Part shown: one piece after another, positions 44,397 to 53,302 of the stretch
How positions within the stretch are numbered: the first letter of the stretch is position 1
How the letters are laid out: every line of letters begins with the position of its first letter
NCBI GenBank assembly: GCA_036758605.1
Contig: DAIOWE010000004.1
Span: 1-54,954 of the forward strand
From: Pseudomonadota bacterium
GTDB lineage: Bacteria; Pseudomonadota; Alphaproteobacteria; UBA11222
Direction: 5' to 3'
Length of the DNA stretch: 54,954 nt
Notes under the pieces: generated by a model
Told to the model about the DNA's origin: nothing
What the model saw: only the letters and a program-made list of their open reading frames with translations
Databases searched by the model: none
Translations under genes and position numbers: made by a program

Positions 44397-45859
44397 GTGT
44401 GCCGTTTATTTCGACGCATCCCCACACGGTAGAAAAAATCGGGGGGACATCAATAGCCGCAACCGAACAGGTTTTTGACAATGTGCTCATTGGCGAACGG
44501 ACCGGCGCCAGTATTTACAATCGCATTTTTGTCGTTTCCGCATATGCCGGTATGACAGACCTGTTGCTTGAGCATAAAAAAACCGGGGAGGCCGGAGTCT
44601 ATGGTAATTTTATTGCGAATGACGCCGACTGTTCATGGGAACAGGCGCTTGATGCGGTCGAAGGAGCAATGCTCGCAAAAAATGCTGAAATCTTTGACAG
44701 CTTCAAGAGCCGCGCTGGTGCAGATGCCTTTGCCGATGAGCGGATACGCGAACTGCGTGACTGCCTGAATAATGTCGGCCAATTGCGCGAGCACGGGCAC
44801 TTCCGTCTGACTGAACCACTGGCGGATCTTCGCGAGATGCTGGCGGCAGCTGGCGAAGCGCATAGCGCGCACAACACCGCCCTGCTCCTGCGGGACCGGG
44901 GCGTCAACGGCGTATTCGTTGACCTGAGCCGCTGGCAGGGTGATCGCCCTTCGCTGGATGAACGCATACTGCAGGGGCTAAAAAATATTGACCTGAACAC
45001 CCAACTCCCGATCGTTACCGGTTACGCTCTTTGCCAGGGTGGCATGGTAAGCCGGTATGACCGCGGCTACTCGGAAATAACGTTTTCCCGGGCTGCCGTG
45101 ACTACTGGCGCATGCGAGGCCATCATTCACAAAGAGTTTCACCTCTCCAGCGCTGACCCCCGCCTGGTGGGTGAGAGAAACGCACACAAGATCGGGCTTA
45201 CCAATTATGATGTCGCCGATCAGCTTGCCAATCTGGGCATGGAGGCGATTCATCCTGGCGCTGGCCGGGGTTTGCGCCAGTCAAATATTTCTTTGCGGGT
45301 CAAGAATATCTTCCACCGGAACGATGAAGGCACACTCATCTGCGGTGATTACGTATCGGCGACACCGCGCGTCGAAATTATCGCCGGCAGTCGTGAGATG
45401 TTTGCCCTGGAGTTTTTCGAACAGGACATGGTTGGGGAAAAAGGGTATGACGCAACCATATTGGAGGCGCTGACCCGTCATAGGGTAGCAATCGTAAGTA
45501 AATCCTCTAATGCCAATACGATTACCCACTATCTTTCCGCGCCAGTCAAATTGGTACGGCGCGTTATCAACGATCTGGAGATCAAATATCCCGGTGCGAC
45601 GATCGCGGTACATTCCGTATCGATGGTCTCACTTATCGGCAGCGATTTGGATGCCCCTGGTCTCACTCTGAAAGCCATGGCGGCGCTTGGAAACGCGGGC
45701 GTCAAAGTGCTTGGTCTGCAGCACCAGATTCGTAACGTTGACATTCAGTTCATTGTCGCGCGGGAGGATTTTGAAAACACTATTCGCCTGCTGCACAGAG
45801 CGTTGATAGAACCGCGCATAACGGCTATTCCGGACACCCAACCGAATGTAGCGGCATAG
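44393..45859 (+). CDS. ask: aspartate kinase, ect-cluster-associated (Ask_Ect type)
   Basis: The N-terminus HTVEKIGGTSIAA is present, and paired ACT-like C-terminal segments follow. The ATG overlaps the ectD stop (ATGA). Confidence 0.85.
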   Translation: MSVPFISTHPHTVEKIGGTSIAATEQVFDNVLIGERTGASIYNRIFVVSAYAGMTDLLLEHKKTGEAGVYGNFIANDADCSWEQALDAVEGAMLAKNAEIFDSFKSRAGADAFADERIRELRDCLNNVGQLREHGHFRLTEPLADLREMLAAAGEAHSAHNTALLLRDRGVNGVFVDLSRWQGDRPSLDERILQGLKNIDLNTQLPIVTGYALCQGGMVSRYDRGYSEITFSRAAVTTGACEAIIHKEFHLSSADPRLVGERNAHKIGLTNYDVADQLANLGMEAIHPGAGRGLRQSNISLRVKNIFHRNDEGTLICGDYVSATPRVEIIAGSREMFALEFFEQDMVGEKGYDATILEALTRHRVAIVSKSSNANTITHYLSAPVKLVRRVINDLEIKYPGATIAVHSVSMVSLIGSDLDAPGLTLKAMAALGNAGVKVLGLQHQIRNVDIQFIVAREDFENTIRLLHRALIEPRITAIPDTQPNVAA

Positions 45860-45866
45860 CCAGGCC

Positions 45867-47291
45867 GTGATACTTGCAAGTTTCATCGTATTTCTGCTGA
45901 CGTTTCTGGCCATCGGGCTTGCGTCCTACTTTCGCTCCAGAAAGACGCCGACGGACTATTATCTCGCCAGCAGGCAGGTGCCGCCATGGCTGGCGGGTTT
46001 GTCGGCGGTGGCGACGAACAATTCCGGCTATATGTTCATCGGCGTTATTGGCTATACCTACACCGTTGGTCTGGTTGCCGTTTGGCTGATGGTAGGGTGG
46101 ATAGCGGGCGATTTACTTGCGTCACAGTTCATCCACCGACGCCTGAACATGGCAACCCGGAGGACAGGCGAGGTTTCGTTCAACGGCGTACTGGCGCGCT
46201 GGAACGGTGGCGACATGCCGGTTTGGCGGCGTGTGGCGGCGATTTTCACAATTATATTCCTCGGCGCTTACGCCGCAGCGCAGATTTCGGCTGGCGGCAA
46301 GGCGTTGCACGGGGTACTGGGCTGGGACCAGACATTGGGCGCCTGGCTGGTTGCGCTGATGGTGCTTGCATATTGTATTGCCGGGGGCATCCGCGCCTCA
46401 ATTTGGACCGATGCGGCGCAGGCCGCGGTGATGATGGTTGCGATGCTGCTGCTGTTCTTCACCGGCGTCTACAATCTGGGGGGGGTGCTCGCGACAGTCG
46501 GGATGCTGGCCGATATACCGGACTATCTTAATCTGACACCGCCCAATCTGCTCATTCCTGCTGTACCCGGGCTGCTGCTATTCATTTTTGGCTGGGTGTT
46601 TGCGGGGGTTAGTGTGATTGGTCAGCCGCATATTATGGTGCGGTTCATGGCGATCGAAGATCCACGCGGCATAAACGTGGCCCGAATATGGTACTACTCC
46701 TACTTTGCCATATTCTACGCACTGGCGACCGGGGTAGGAATGTTATCCCGGCTTTACCTGCCTGAACTGCAGACGATGGACCCGGAACTCGCACTTCCCA
46801 CCATCGCGGTTCAATTACTGCATCCTGCCCTGGTGGGCGTCATCCTGGCGGGGATTTTTGCCGCGACAATGTCAACGGCGGACAGTCTGGTGCTATCCTG
46901 TTCCGTTGCGGTCACCAATGATATCGTGCCCGGCATGGCCAATAATCCGGTGCTGATCAAAACAGCGACCGCCCTGATCACCGGCTTTGCGCTGATCATA
47001 GCCTTAAGTAATTCGTCCAGCGTGTTCAGCCTGGTCATCCTGTCATGGTCCACCCTGGCGTGCGCCTTCGGACCATTGCTGATCTTGTATACACTCCAGC
47101 GGCAAGTGACGGAACGCGGCGCCATCGTGACAATGCTGGCGGGCGTTGCCGTCGCGTTAGCCTGGCGGCAGATTGGATGGCATGAAAATATTTATGAGGG
47201 CATGCCGGGCATATTGGCGGGCGTGGCGCTTGGTCTGCTGCTTTCCAAAAGCCGTCATACGGCTAAAACGACAAGCCCGATACCACACTGA
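45867..47291 (+). CDS. sodium:solute symporter (SSS) family transporter
   Basis: The 474-aa polytopic product has a GTG start 7 nt after the ask stop. It shows PutP/SSS-like features: N-terminal YYLASRQVPPWLAGLSAVATNNSGYMFIG, and later FAATMSTADS. Confidence 0.8.
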   Translation: MILASFIVFLLTFLAIGLASYFRSRKTPTDYYLASRQVPPWLAGLSAVATNNSGYMFIGVIGYTYTVGLVAVWLMVGWIAGDLLASQFIHRRLNMATRRTGEVSFNGVLARWNGGDMPVWRRVAAIFTIIFLGAYAAAQISAGGKALHGVLGWDQTLGAWLVALMVLAYCIAGGIRASIWTDAAQAAVMMVAMLLLFFTGVYNLGGVLATVGMLADIPDYLNLTPPNLLIPAVPGLLLFIFGWVFAGVSVIGQPHIMVRFMAIEDPRGINVARIWYYSYFAIFYALATGVGMLSRLYLPELQTMDPELALPTIAVQLLHPALVGVILAGIFAATMSTADSLVLSCSVAVTNDIVPGMANNPVLIKTATALITGFALIIALSNSSSVFSLVILSWSTLACAFGPLLILYTLQRQVTERGAIVTMLAGVAVALAWRQIGWHENIYEGMPGILAGVALGLLLSKSRHTAKTTSPIPH

Positions 47292-48517
47292 TGCTCAAAG
47301 CCATCAGTCCAGTCAGCACATTACTGATCGCCATTTTCATGATTATGGCGGGCAGCGGCTTTCTGGCGCCACTGTTAAGCCTCCGGCTGGAGGCGGCCGG
47401 CGTATCGCCAGTTCTTGTCGGGTTTCTCACCACTGCTTATTTTGCCGGATTGATGAGCGGCTCACTCACGGTGTTTCGCATCATTACCCGGGTTGGCCAT
47501 ATTCGCGCATTTACCGCTTTCGTTACATTGTTTTCGGCGACAGCGCTGAGCTACGCCATTCACCTTGATCCGGTATTATGGTCGCTCATAAGGTTTATTG
47601 AAGGCTTCTGCATGGCCGGGGTATTCGTCTGTCTTGAAAGCTGGCTTAATGAACGCGCCGAACCGCAGTCGCGCGGCGCGGTGCTGGGCTATTACATGAT
47701 CGCGCTGTATGCCGGGCAGGCTGCGGGCCAGTTCCTGCTTAATCTGAATAACAGTCTGCCATCCATGCCCTTCATCGCCGCCTCTATCCTGCTGTCGCTG
47801 GGGATCATCCCGGTCGCCCTGACGCATATCCCCGCCCCGGTCCTCACAGCGGGCGCCGCCATGCGGATTACGGAACTGTACCGCGTGTCGCCGCTTGGCG
47901 TGACGGGCGCCATCGCCACGGGTATGATGCTGGGCGCCTTTTACGGGCTGGGTGCGGTTTTCGCACTTGGTGTTGGCCTCAAACTTGCCGGCATCGCACT
48001 GTTTATGAGCGCCACCATCGCAGGCGGCGTCGCGCTGCAATGGCCTCTTGGCCGGTTGTCCGATCTGTTTGACCGGCGTCTTGTGATTGTATGGACCATC
48101 GCCGCGACACTTGCCATCTGCATACTGATTGTCGCTGCTGTGGAGGGGCGGTATGCAGTAATGGCTTCAGGCGCATTTTTTGGCGGGGTATCGTTTGCAT
48201 TATACCCGCTGTGCGTAGCGCATACCAACGATCACCTCACGCCTGATCAGCGTGTTGGCGCCAGCGGCGGACTGGTGCTTGCCTATTCTTTGGGAGCGGT
48301 AGCAGGCCCGATGGCAGGTGTGGGTTTCATGTCGGCCTTCGGGCCGCGTGGTCTGTTCGTCTTTATCGGTTTTTGCGCAATGGCCGTGCTGGGATTTGCG
48401 CTATGGCGTCTCAGGGCCGCGCCAGCTGTTCCAGCCACGCAACAGATGCCCTATCAGGTTCTGCCACGCACCACCCCAGCCATGGCGGTGTTGGATCCCC
48501 TGGCGACGGACAACTAA
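47291..48517 (+). CDS. MFS transporter
   Basis: The 408-aa product has about 12 hydrophobic helices. Its ATG shares one base with the SSS gene stop (TGATG). An MFS-like loop (GRLSDLFDRR) lies between helices in the second half. Confidence 0.8.
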   Translation: MLKAISPVSTLLIAIFMIMAGSGFLAPLLSLRLEAAGVSPVLVGFLTTAYFAGLMSGSLTVFRIITRVGHIRAFTAFVTLFSATALSYAIHLDPVLWSLIRFIEGFCMAGVFVCLESWLNERAEPQSRGAVLGYYMIALYAGQAAGQFLLNLNNSLPSMPFIAASILLSLGIIPVALTHIPAPVLTAGAAMRITELYRVSPLGVTGAIATGMMLGAFYGLGAVFALGVGLKLAGIALFMSATIAGGVALQWPLGRLSDLFDRRLVIVWTIAATLAICILIVAAVEGRYAVMASGAFFGGVSFALYPLCVAHTNDHLTPDQRVGASGGLVLAYSLGAVAGPMAGVGFMSAFGPRGLFVFIGFCAMAVLGFALWRLRAAPAVPATQQMPYQVLPRTTPAMAVLDPLATDN

Positions 48518-48917
48518 ACCATTTTTCAGCAAATATCATCGTAGTGGGATACATGCTGGGAGGAGAGAAAGTGATGCGGCGCGGAATCACGATATTAAAA
48601 AATATCTATATTTATCAATAAATTAATATGAAGCCATGTTCACCGATACCAACACAATATTGTTATAGGCCGGTTCAATTCCCAATTATCTCATATTCGG
48701 CTACTTTTTGTGCAGCCAGCCCGCCATCGTGAAAAAGCTGGAAAACTCTAACTTCCGGCGGTCCAAAGAATGATCTCGGATCACTGGGAAAGATGACGCG
48801 GAAATCAGCTCGCGGGCAAGCTGCAATACGAGACGCAGATGCCAGTCTGCGGGATTGAAATCGTAAACCGCAGCGCGCTTTGGATCAACCTCGTGCCACG
48901 CGATTGGTTTTTATCGT

Positions 48918-49061
48918 TTATTGCCCGGTACAATCTCGCCAGCGGCACCCCGATTGCAGCACATGAATGATGCCGCTGATCACCCGCCGGTCATCCACCC
49001 GTCGCGCACCGGGACGGTTTTTGGGCAGCAACGGCTCGACCCTCGCCCACTGTGCATCCAT
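48918..49061 (-). mobile_element. IS5-family (DUF4096-type N-terminus) transposase stub
   Basis: The peptide MDAQWARVEPLLPKNRPGARRVDDRRVISGIIHVLQSGCRWRDC matches the conserved N-terminus of IS5/IS427-group transposases, then stops after 47 codons. There is no DDE domain and no recognisable terminal inverted repeats. It is fused in frame to the upstream nuclease remnant. Confidence 0.6.
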
Positions 49062-49841
49062 CAGGTTGCCGATCCTGTTCTTGCAATCCTCGTAATCAGC
49101 CTGCGGATTATTTGCCTCAAAATCAGCACGCAGCTCTGGTTTGGGGTTATCGGGCAGAATGTGCTCTATCTCCAGCTTGATGTATTCGTCTAACGAACCT
49201 GACTCTTTCAGCCCTTTATATGCCAAATCCACATGCTGCGTCAGTTTTGCCAGGAAGTAACGTGTGCGGTATTTCTGCATTGAAAAGAGTGAATAGCGTT
49301 TCAACGCATCATGCAATTCCGCCTCTTTGGCCTGCATCCCTTTTTCAAAATGCTCGGAGATAAACTGATTCAGCTTGTCTTTCTGGCTTTTGGGATCGGC
49401 TTCTGCCGCTATTTCACGCAATTCATCTGCCCATAGAGAGAAGTTACGCTCCAGGTCTTTGGTGGGGGTTTTGGTGAATATGTAATGGAATATGAAACTT
49501 TCCAGCTGGCGAACGAAATAATCAAACAGCGGCTTTGGTAAGCTGCTGGCCGCAAGCAATGGCACATAGTGCAGACTGAACGCGCCGCCCGTGAGCAGCC
49601 TCAAATTCTCCATCGCAGTGTTGGCTTTTCCGTCATTGCCACGCCCTTCCGCGAAAGCGAGGTAATGCTCTACGTTACGGGTAATTTTGCGAACAAAGCC
49701 GAACGGATCGGTTTTGTAGTTACAAAGCCCGGCATTCGTATCGTCGATGAGCCAGTCATAAATCTCATCTTCTCTAACGACTGAGTCTTTGCGCGCATTG
49801 TTGATATGGTAACCTTTAATTCCTGGGCAACTTATTGCCTG
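49062..49841 (-). pseudogene. GmrSD-like (DUF262/DUF1524) nuclease gene remnant, truncated at both ends
   Basis: The open frame runs from an in-frame TGA (49842-49844) with no usable start codon at its 5' end. It encodes a helical middle region and the DUF1524 His-Me finger region (LEIEHILPDNP ... NRIGNL). It then runs directly into the IS5 stub. The N-terminal DUF262 (DGQQR) domain is absent. Confidence 0.6.
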
Positions 49842-49982
49842 TCATGGAAAATGGGGGTGGGCAACGGCAATAGCACATAAACGGTTCAATTCCGCGGACG
49901 AGGCGCGCTTCCATGTGCGCGTGCGGCGGGGCGATCCGCGCATCGCCCTCTAATTCCCCCTCACGGGTGGCATTACCCGCGC

Positions 49983-50249
49983 CTAATCCAGATACTCATC
50001 ATTAAATTTGCGCGCCGCGTCGCGGCGCTGTTTGCGGCGGCCCCATTTGACTTCAGCACGGCGGCGCAGGCGGCGGATGACGTGAAATTCGTTGGACAGC
50101 ACCAGAATGCCCAGCGGAATCATCCAGAACCCCACTATGGGCAGAAAACCCAATATTCCGCCAATGATCAGCGCCCCCCCCACAAGAACGCGCAATGTGC
50201 GCGATTGCGGCAGTTTGAAGGTGCGGTTGCCTATGCGAAGATTGGTCAT
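49983..50249 (-). CDS. small two-TM membrane protein (PGPGW-like)
   Basis: The ATG at 50249 gives MTNLRIGNRTFKLPQSRTLRVLVGGALIIGGILGFLPIVGFWMIPLGILVLSNEF..., followed by a basic tail. The track start at 50306 is over-extended. Confidence 0.55.
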   Translation of the reverse strand: MTNLRIGNRTFKLPQSRTLRVLVGGALIIGGILGFLPIVGFWMIPLGILVLSNEFHVIRRLRRRAEVKWGRRKQRRDAARKFNDEYLD

Positions 50250-50384
50250 GACGTTTCTTGTGGGTAAACCGGAAAGATTGCAAGGCCTGATCTGGACAGG
50301 CCACATTTAGGGGTGGTGCGGGGGCGAACAGTTTGCTATAGCCAGCATGCTGATCGCTGCTAATTGCCTTGTTCGGGTATCTGT

Positions 50385-50459
50385 TCCTCGGTAGCTCAGT
50401 GGTAGAGCAACCGGCTGTTAACCGGTTGGTCGCTGGTTCGAATCCGGCCCGGGGAGCCA
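50385..50459 (+). tRNA. tRNA-Asn (anticodon GUU)
   Basis: The sequence is tcctcgg-ta-gctc-agtggta-gagc-a-accgg-ctGTTaa-ccggt-tggtc-gctgg-ttcgaat-ccggc-ccgggga-g-cca. The cloverleaf is complete and the CCA is encoded. Confidence 0.9.
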
Positions 50460-50668
50460 TCCTTTACCTGTCCAGCCCGGACGCCCAGGCCGAAGGGGGG
50501 GCGTATCTATTGGTTGGGCAACCTTGCGCCGGACCGATATGGTCGGCGTATCTCCCAAAGGGCTGTGAACCTGCCCGCCTGCGCCAGCAGACAAATGTCT
50601 TCAAATCAACTCTTCCTTAACCATTAACGTATAACGTGTATTCCTGACTCGGGTATCCCGGGCGGATA

Positions 50669-51925
50669 TTGTATGTCTTTCTCGGGCTTATTGGTATGCG
50701 TAACATGGACAAGGCCCCCGCCTGCCTGACGGATGCTATCTCTCTTGATGGCCGTCATTTAAAAGCCTTGCTGGGCCTAACTGCTAGCCCTGCCTTGGCG
50801 TTGGGTTCCCTCGACGACATAGCGGCAGAGATTGCTTCAAAATCGCTGGCTTCGTTTGAATTGGATGCGGCCCAGGTCTGGCATCTGGCCGATGGCTGGC
50901 AATGCCTGAGGGATGCGCGCAGCAGCAAGAGCGAGACAGCCATCTATCCACAACCTGGCGAACCGTTGCTGCCTGACCTTGCGATACGCGTAACCGATTG
51001 CCCGGTCAGAACGCCGGATCACACACCAATTGTGATATTGCGGCTGATCAAACCAGCCGGAATGAAATGGAGCGAAGAGGAAATCCATATTTCTGACGGC
51101 TATACAAATGTGCTGACAAATGCGGTTGGCATGGCGCAAACGCGCCGAAAAATTGAATCGCTGATAAATGCAAAAATATCCGCCGAAGAAGCCAACCGGT
51201 CAAAAACCGAATTCATGGCGAATATGAGCCATGAACTGCGCACCCCGCTCAATGCGATTATTGGCTTTTCGGAAATTCTGGCCCAGGAATATTTCGGCGT
51301 CCACAACAACCCGAAATACAAGGACTATGCGCAGGATATTCTGCATAGCGGCCAGCACCTGCTATCCCTTATCAACGATATTCTCGACCTGTCACGGATC
51401 GAAAGTGGAAAACAGACCTTGCAGGAGGAAGCTATAAATCTGGATGAGTTATTACAATCCACTATACGGCTGGTGCGAGGGCGAGCGGGCGATAAAAATC
51501 AGCGATTACACATTCAGGGCGAAAGCAATATTACGTTCTTTGCAGATTCCCGGGCGATCAGGCAGATAATCGCAAATCTGCTATCCAACGCCATCAAATT
51601 CACGCCAGAAAATGGAAACATCGAACTGGGCATTACCATAGACAATAATCTGAGCATTGCCATACGCGATTCCGGCAGAGGGATAGAAAAGCACCAGCTT
51701 GCAAAACTTTTTCAGCCGTTCAACCGTGGTCAGGAAGACGCCGCGCGAACCGAGGAAGGCGCAGGACTCGGCCTTGCAATATCCCGCAAACTTGCCCGTT
51801 TGCATGGTGGCGATCTGGAATTACATAGCGAACCGGGCACCGGTACGACCGCCCTACTAACATTACCCCTGGAGCGGCTAATAGGAGGCGCACAAGGCAT
51901 ATTGCCGTGGGAAATTCGCACATGA
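50669..51925 (+). CDS. soluble sensor histidine kinase (HisKA + HATPase_c), no TM segment and no receiver
   Basis: The H-box is EFMANMSHELRTPLNAIIGFSEIL. The N-box (LLSNAIKFTP) and G-boxes (DSGRGI, GAGLGLAISRKLARLHGG) are present. The ~190-aa N-terminal sensor region has no obvious hydrophobic helix. The start may be the TTG at 50669 or the ATG at 50696 or 50705. Confidence 0.85.
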   Translation: MYVFLGLIGMRNMDKAPACLTDAISLDGRHLKALLGLTASPALALGSLDDIAAEIASKSLASFELDAAQVWHLADGWQCLRDARSSKSETAIYPQPGEPLLPDLAIRVTDCPVRTPDHTPIVILRLIKPAGMKWSEEEIHISDGYTNVLTNAVGMAQTRRKIESLINAKISAEEANRSKTEFMANMSHELRTPLNAIIGFSEILAQEYFGVHNNPKYKDYAQDILHSGQHLLSLINDILDLSRIESGKQTLQEEAINLDELLQSTIRLVRGRAGDKNQRLHIQGESNITFFADSRAIRQIIANLLSNAIKFTPENGNIELGITIDNNLSIAIRDSGRGIEKHQLAKLFQPFNRGQEDAARTEEGAGLGLAISRKLARLHGGDLELHSEPGTGTTALLTLPLERLIGGAQGILPWEIRT

Positions 51926-53256
51926 CCCGTCTGCCTGTCCCCAGTAAACTTATCACTATCAACCAGAAAACGCTGGATCAGGTTGCCGCAGGCAATGCGG
52001 AATATGTGGCGGAGAAAGGCCGCCGTGGAAAGCGGGCAAATCTGGCTTTCCATGATCTTTCCAGCATGGACCTGGGCGGGCGTGATTTATCCTATGCCGA
52101 TCTTTCGGGGGCCAACCTCACGGATGCGGCGCTGCATAAGGTGAAACTTACCTGTTCAATATTATCATCGGCAATATTCCGGCTGGCGCATCTTGACGGC
52201 GCAGATTTAAGCCAGACGGATATGCGCGGATGTTCATTGTACGGAGCAAAATTGACGCAGGCAAATCTGCGCGGCGCGGACATGGGCGAAGGCCCCCGCT
52301 TAAGAATATCTGAAAACAATGACATTACGTTCCGGGATGATTCCTTTGAACCAACTGAGCTGGTTGCCGCAAACCTTGTTCAGGCCGATCTGTCAGGGGC
52401 GATAATCTCGCATGGGCATATCATGCAGGCCAATTTAAGCGATGTCATATTGCGTAATGCAATACTTTCCGGAGCAAGTTTTCGCGGCGCCGTTCTGGAC
52501 GGCGCCGATCTTGGAAGTGCTGATTTATCCGGCGCCGATCTGTCCGATACATCCATGCAGGGGGCAATATTAGAGGGCGCGAAACTGTCCGGCACGTCCC
52601 TGAATGGCGCAGATATGCTTGGGGCGATCATAGACCGGCGCGCTATTGGCGCAGGCTCAGGCGTAAAAAACCTGCCAGAACGCACCAGGCCGGCACCGGG
52701 TTCGTTTTCCGCAATGCTTGCTGCGCACGAACTCTGGGTCACATCATATGGGCGGGATGGTTCGCGTCTGGAATTGCTCAATGCCGATCTTTCAGATGTT
52801 GTGTTTGCCGAACTGGACCTGTCCGGGGCCAGGTTCATAAATTGTGATCTCTCCAGGGCCAATCTGACGCGCTGCAAATTACGGCTGGTGGATATGTCGC
52901 TGTCCAACCTGCAAGACGCCATTTTGCTGGAAGCAGATATGCGCGCGGCTGTGATGAAGCGGTCATTTTGCCGGCGGGCCAATTTTTCGGGGGTGACTTT
53001 TGCGTCCGTTGAGACCGGCGTTAATTCCGAAAAAAGGATATCCGCCAATTTACGGAAAAGTCATTTCCAGCAGACCGAGTTCAGCACCTGTAACTTTACG
53101 GACGCAGATTTGACAGGCTGCAATCTCGAAGGGGCCAACATGGCCAATGTAATATTGGAAGGCGCCAGCCTGACAAACGCCAAAGTGACCGCCGGAACAT
53201 TTGATCAGATCGAGGCGGCGGGCGGTAATCTTGACGGCATTCGCATCCATACCTGA
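51922..53256 (+). CDS. pentapeptide-repeat protein, 444 aa
   Basis: The product contains long runs of A(D/N)LXX units (ADLSG ANLTD AALHK ..., ADLGS ADLSG ADLSD ..., ADLTG CNLEG ANMAN ...). The ATG at 51922 overlaps the kinase stop (ATGA). The track start is a GTG at 51907. Confidence 0.85.
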   Translation: MTRLPVPSKLITINQKTLDQVAAGNAEYVAEKGRRGKRANLAFHDLSSMDLGGRDLSYADLSGANLTDAALHKVKLTCSILSSAIFRLAHLDGADLSQTDMRGCSLYGAKLTQANLRGADMGEGPRLRISENNDITFRDDSFEPTELVAANLVQADLSGAIISHGHIMQANLSDVILRNAILSGASFRGAVLDGADLGSADLSGADLSDTSMQGAILEGAKLSGTSLNGADMLGAIIDRRAIGAGSGVKNLPERTRPAPGSFSAMLAAHELWVTSYGRDGSRLELLNADLSDVVFAELDLSGARFINCDLSRANLTRCKLRLVDMSLSNLQDAILLEADMRAAVMKRSFCRRANFSGVTFASVETGVNSEKRISANLRKSHFQQTEFSTCNFTDADLTGCNLEGANMANVILEGASLTNAKVTAGTFDQIEAAGGNLDGIRIHT

Positions 53257-53302
53257 TAAAAGGGGCTGGCGCGATTCGACGCTGGACCATCCTTGGACTC
53301 AC

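Noticed and set aside
48620-48917. Possible continuation of the IS5-family element (decayed transposase C-terminus or terminal repeat) downstream of the 47-codon stub
   Set aside because: Some frames give faintly transposase-like strings (e.g. ..VRVFQLFHDGGLAAQKVAEY..). I could not align them convincingly to the conserved ..ATRYDK.. C-terminus or find inverted repeats, so the boundary is left open.
29802-50459. The interval between tRNA-Ser and tRNA-Asn as one tRNA-bracketed genomic island
   Set aside because: It contains core genes (tamAB). I saw no integrase and no repeat of either tRNA 3' end. The decayed mobile/defence DNA lies on the 5' side of tRNA-Asn rather than at a tRNA 3' end. Only local scars seem supportable.
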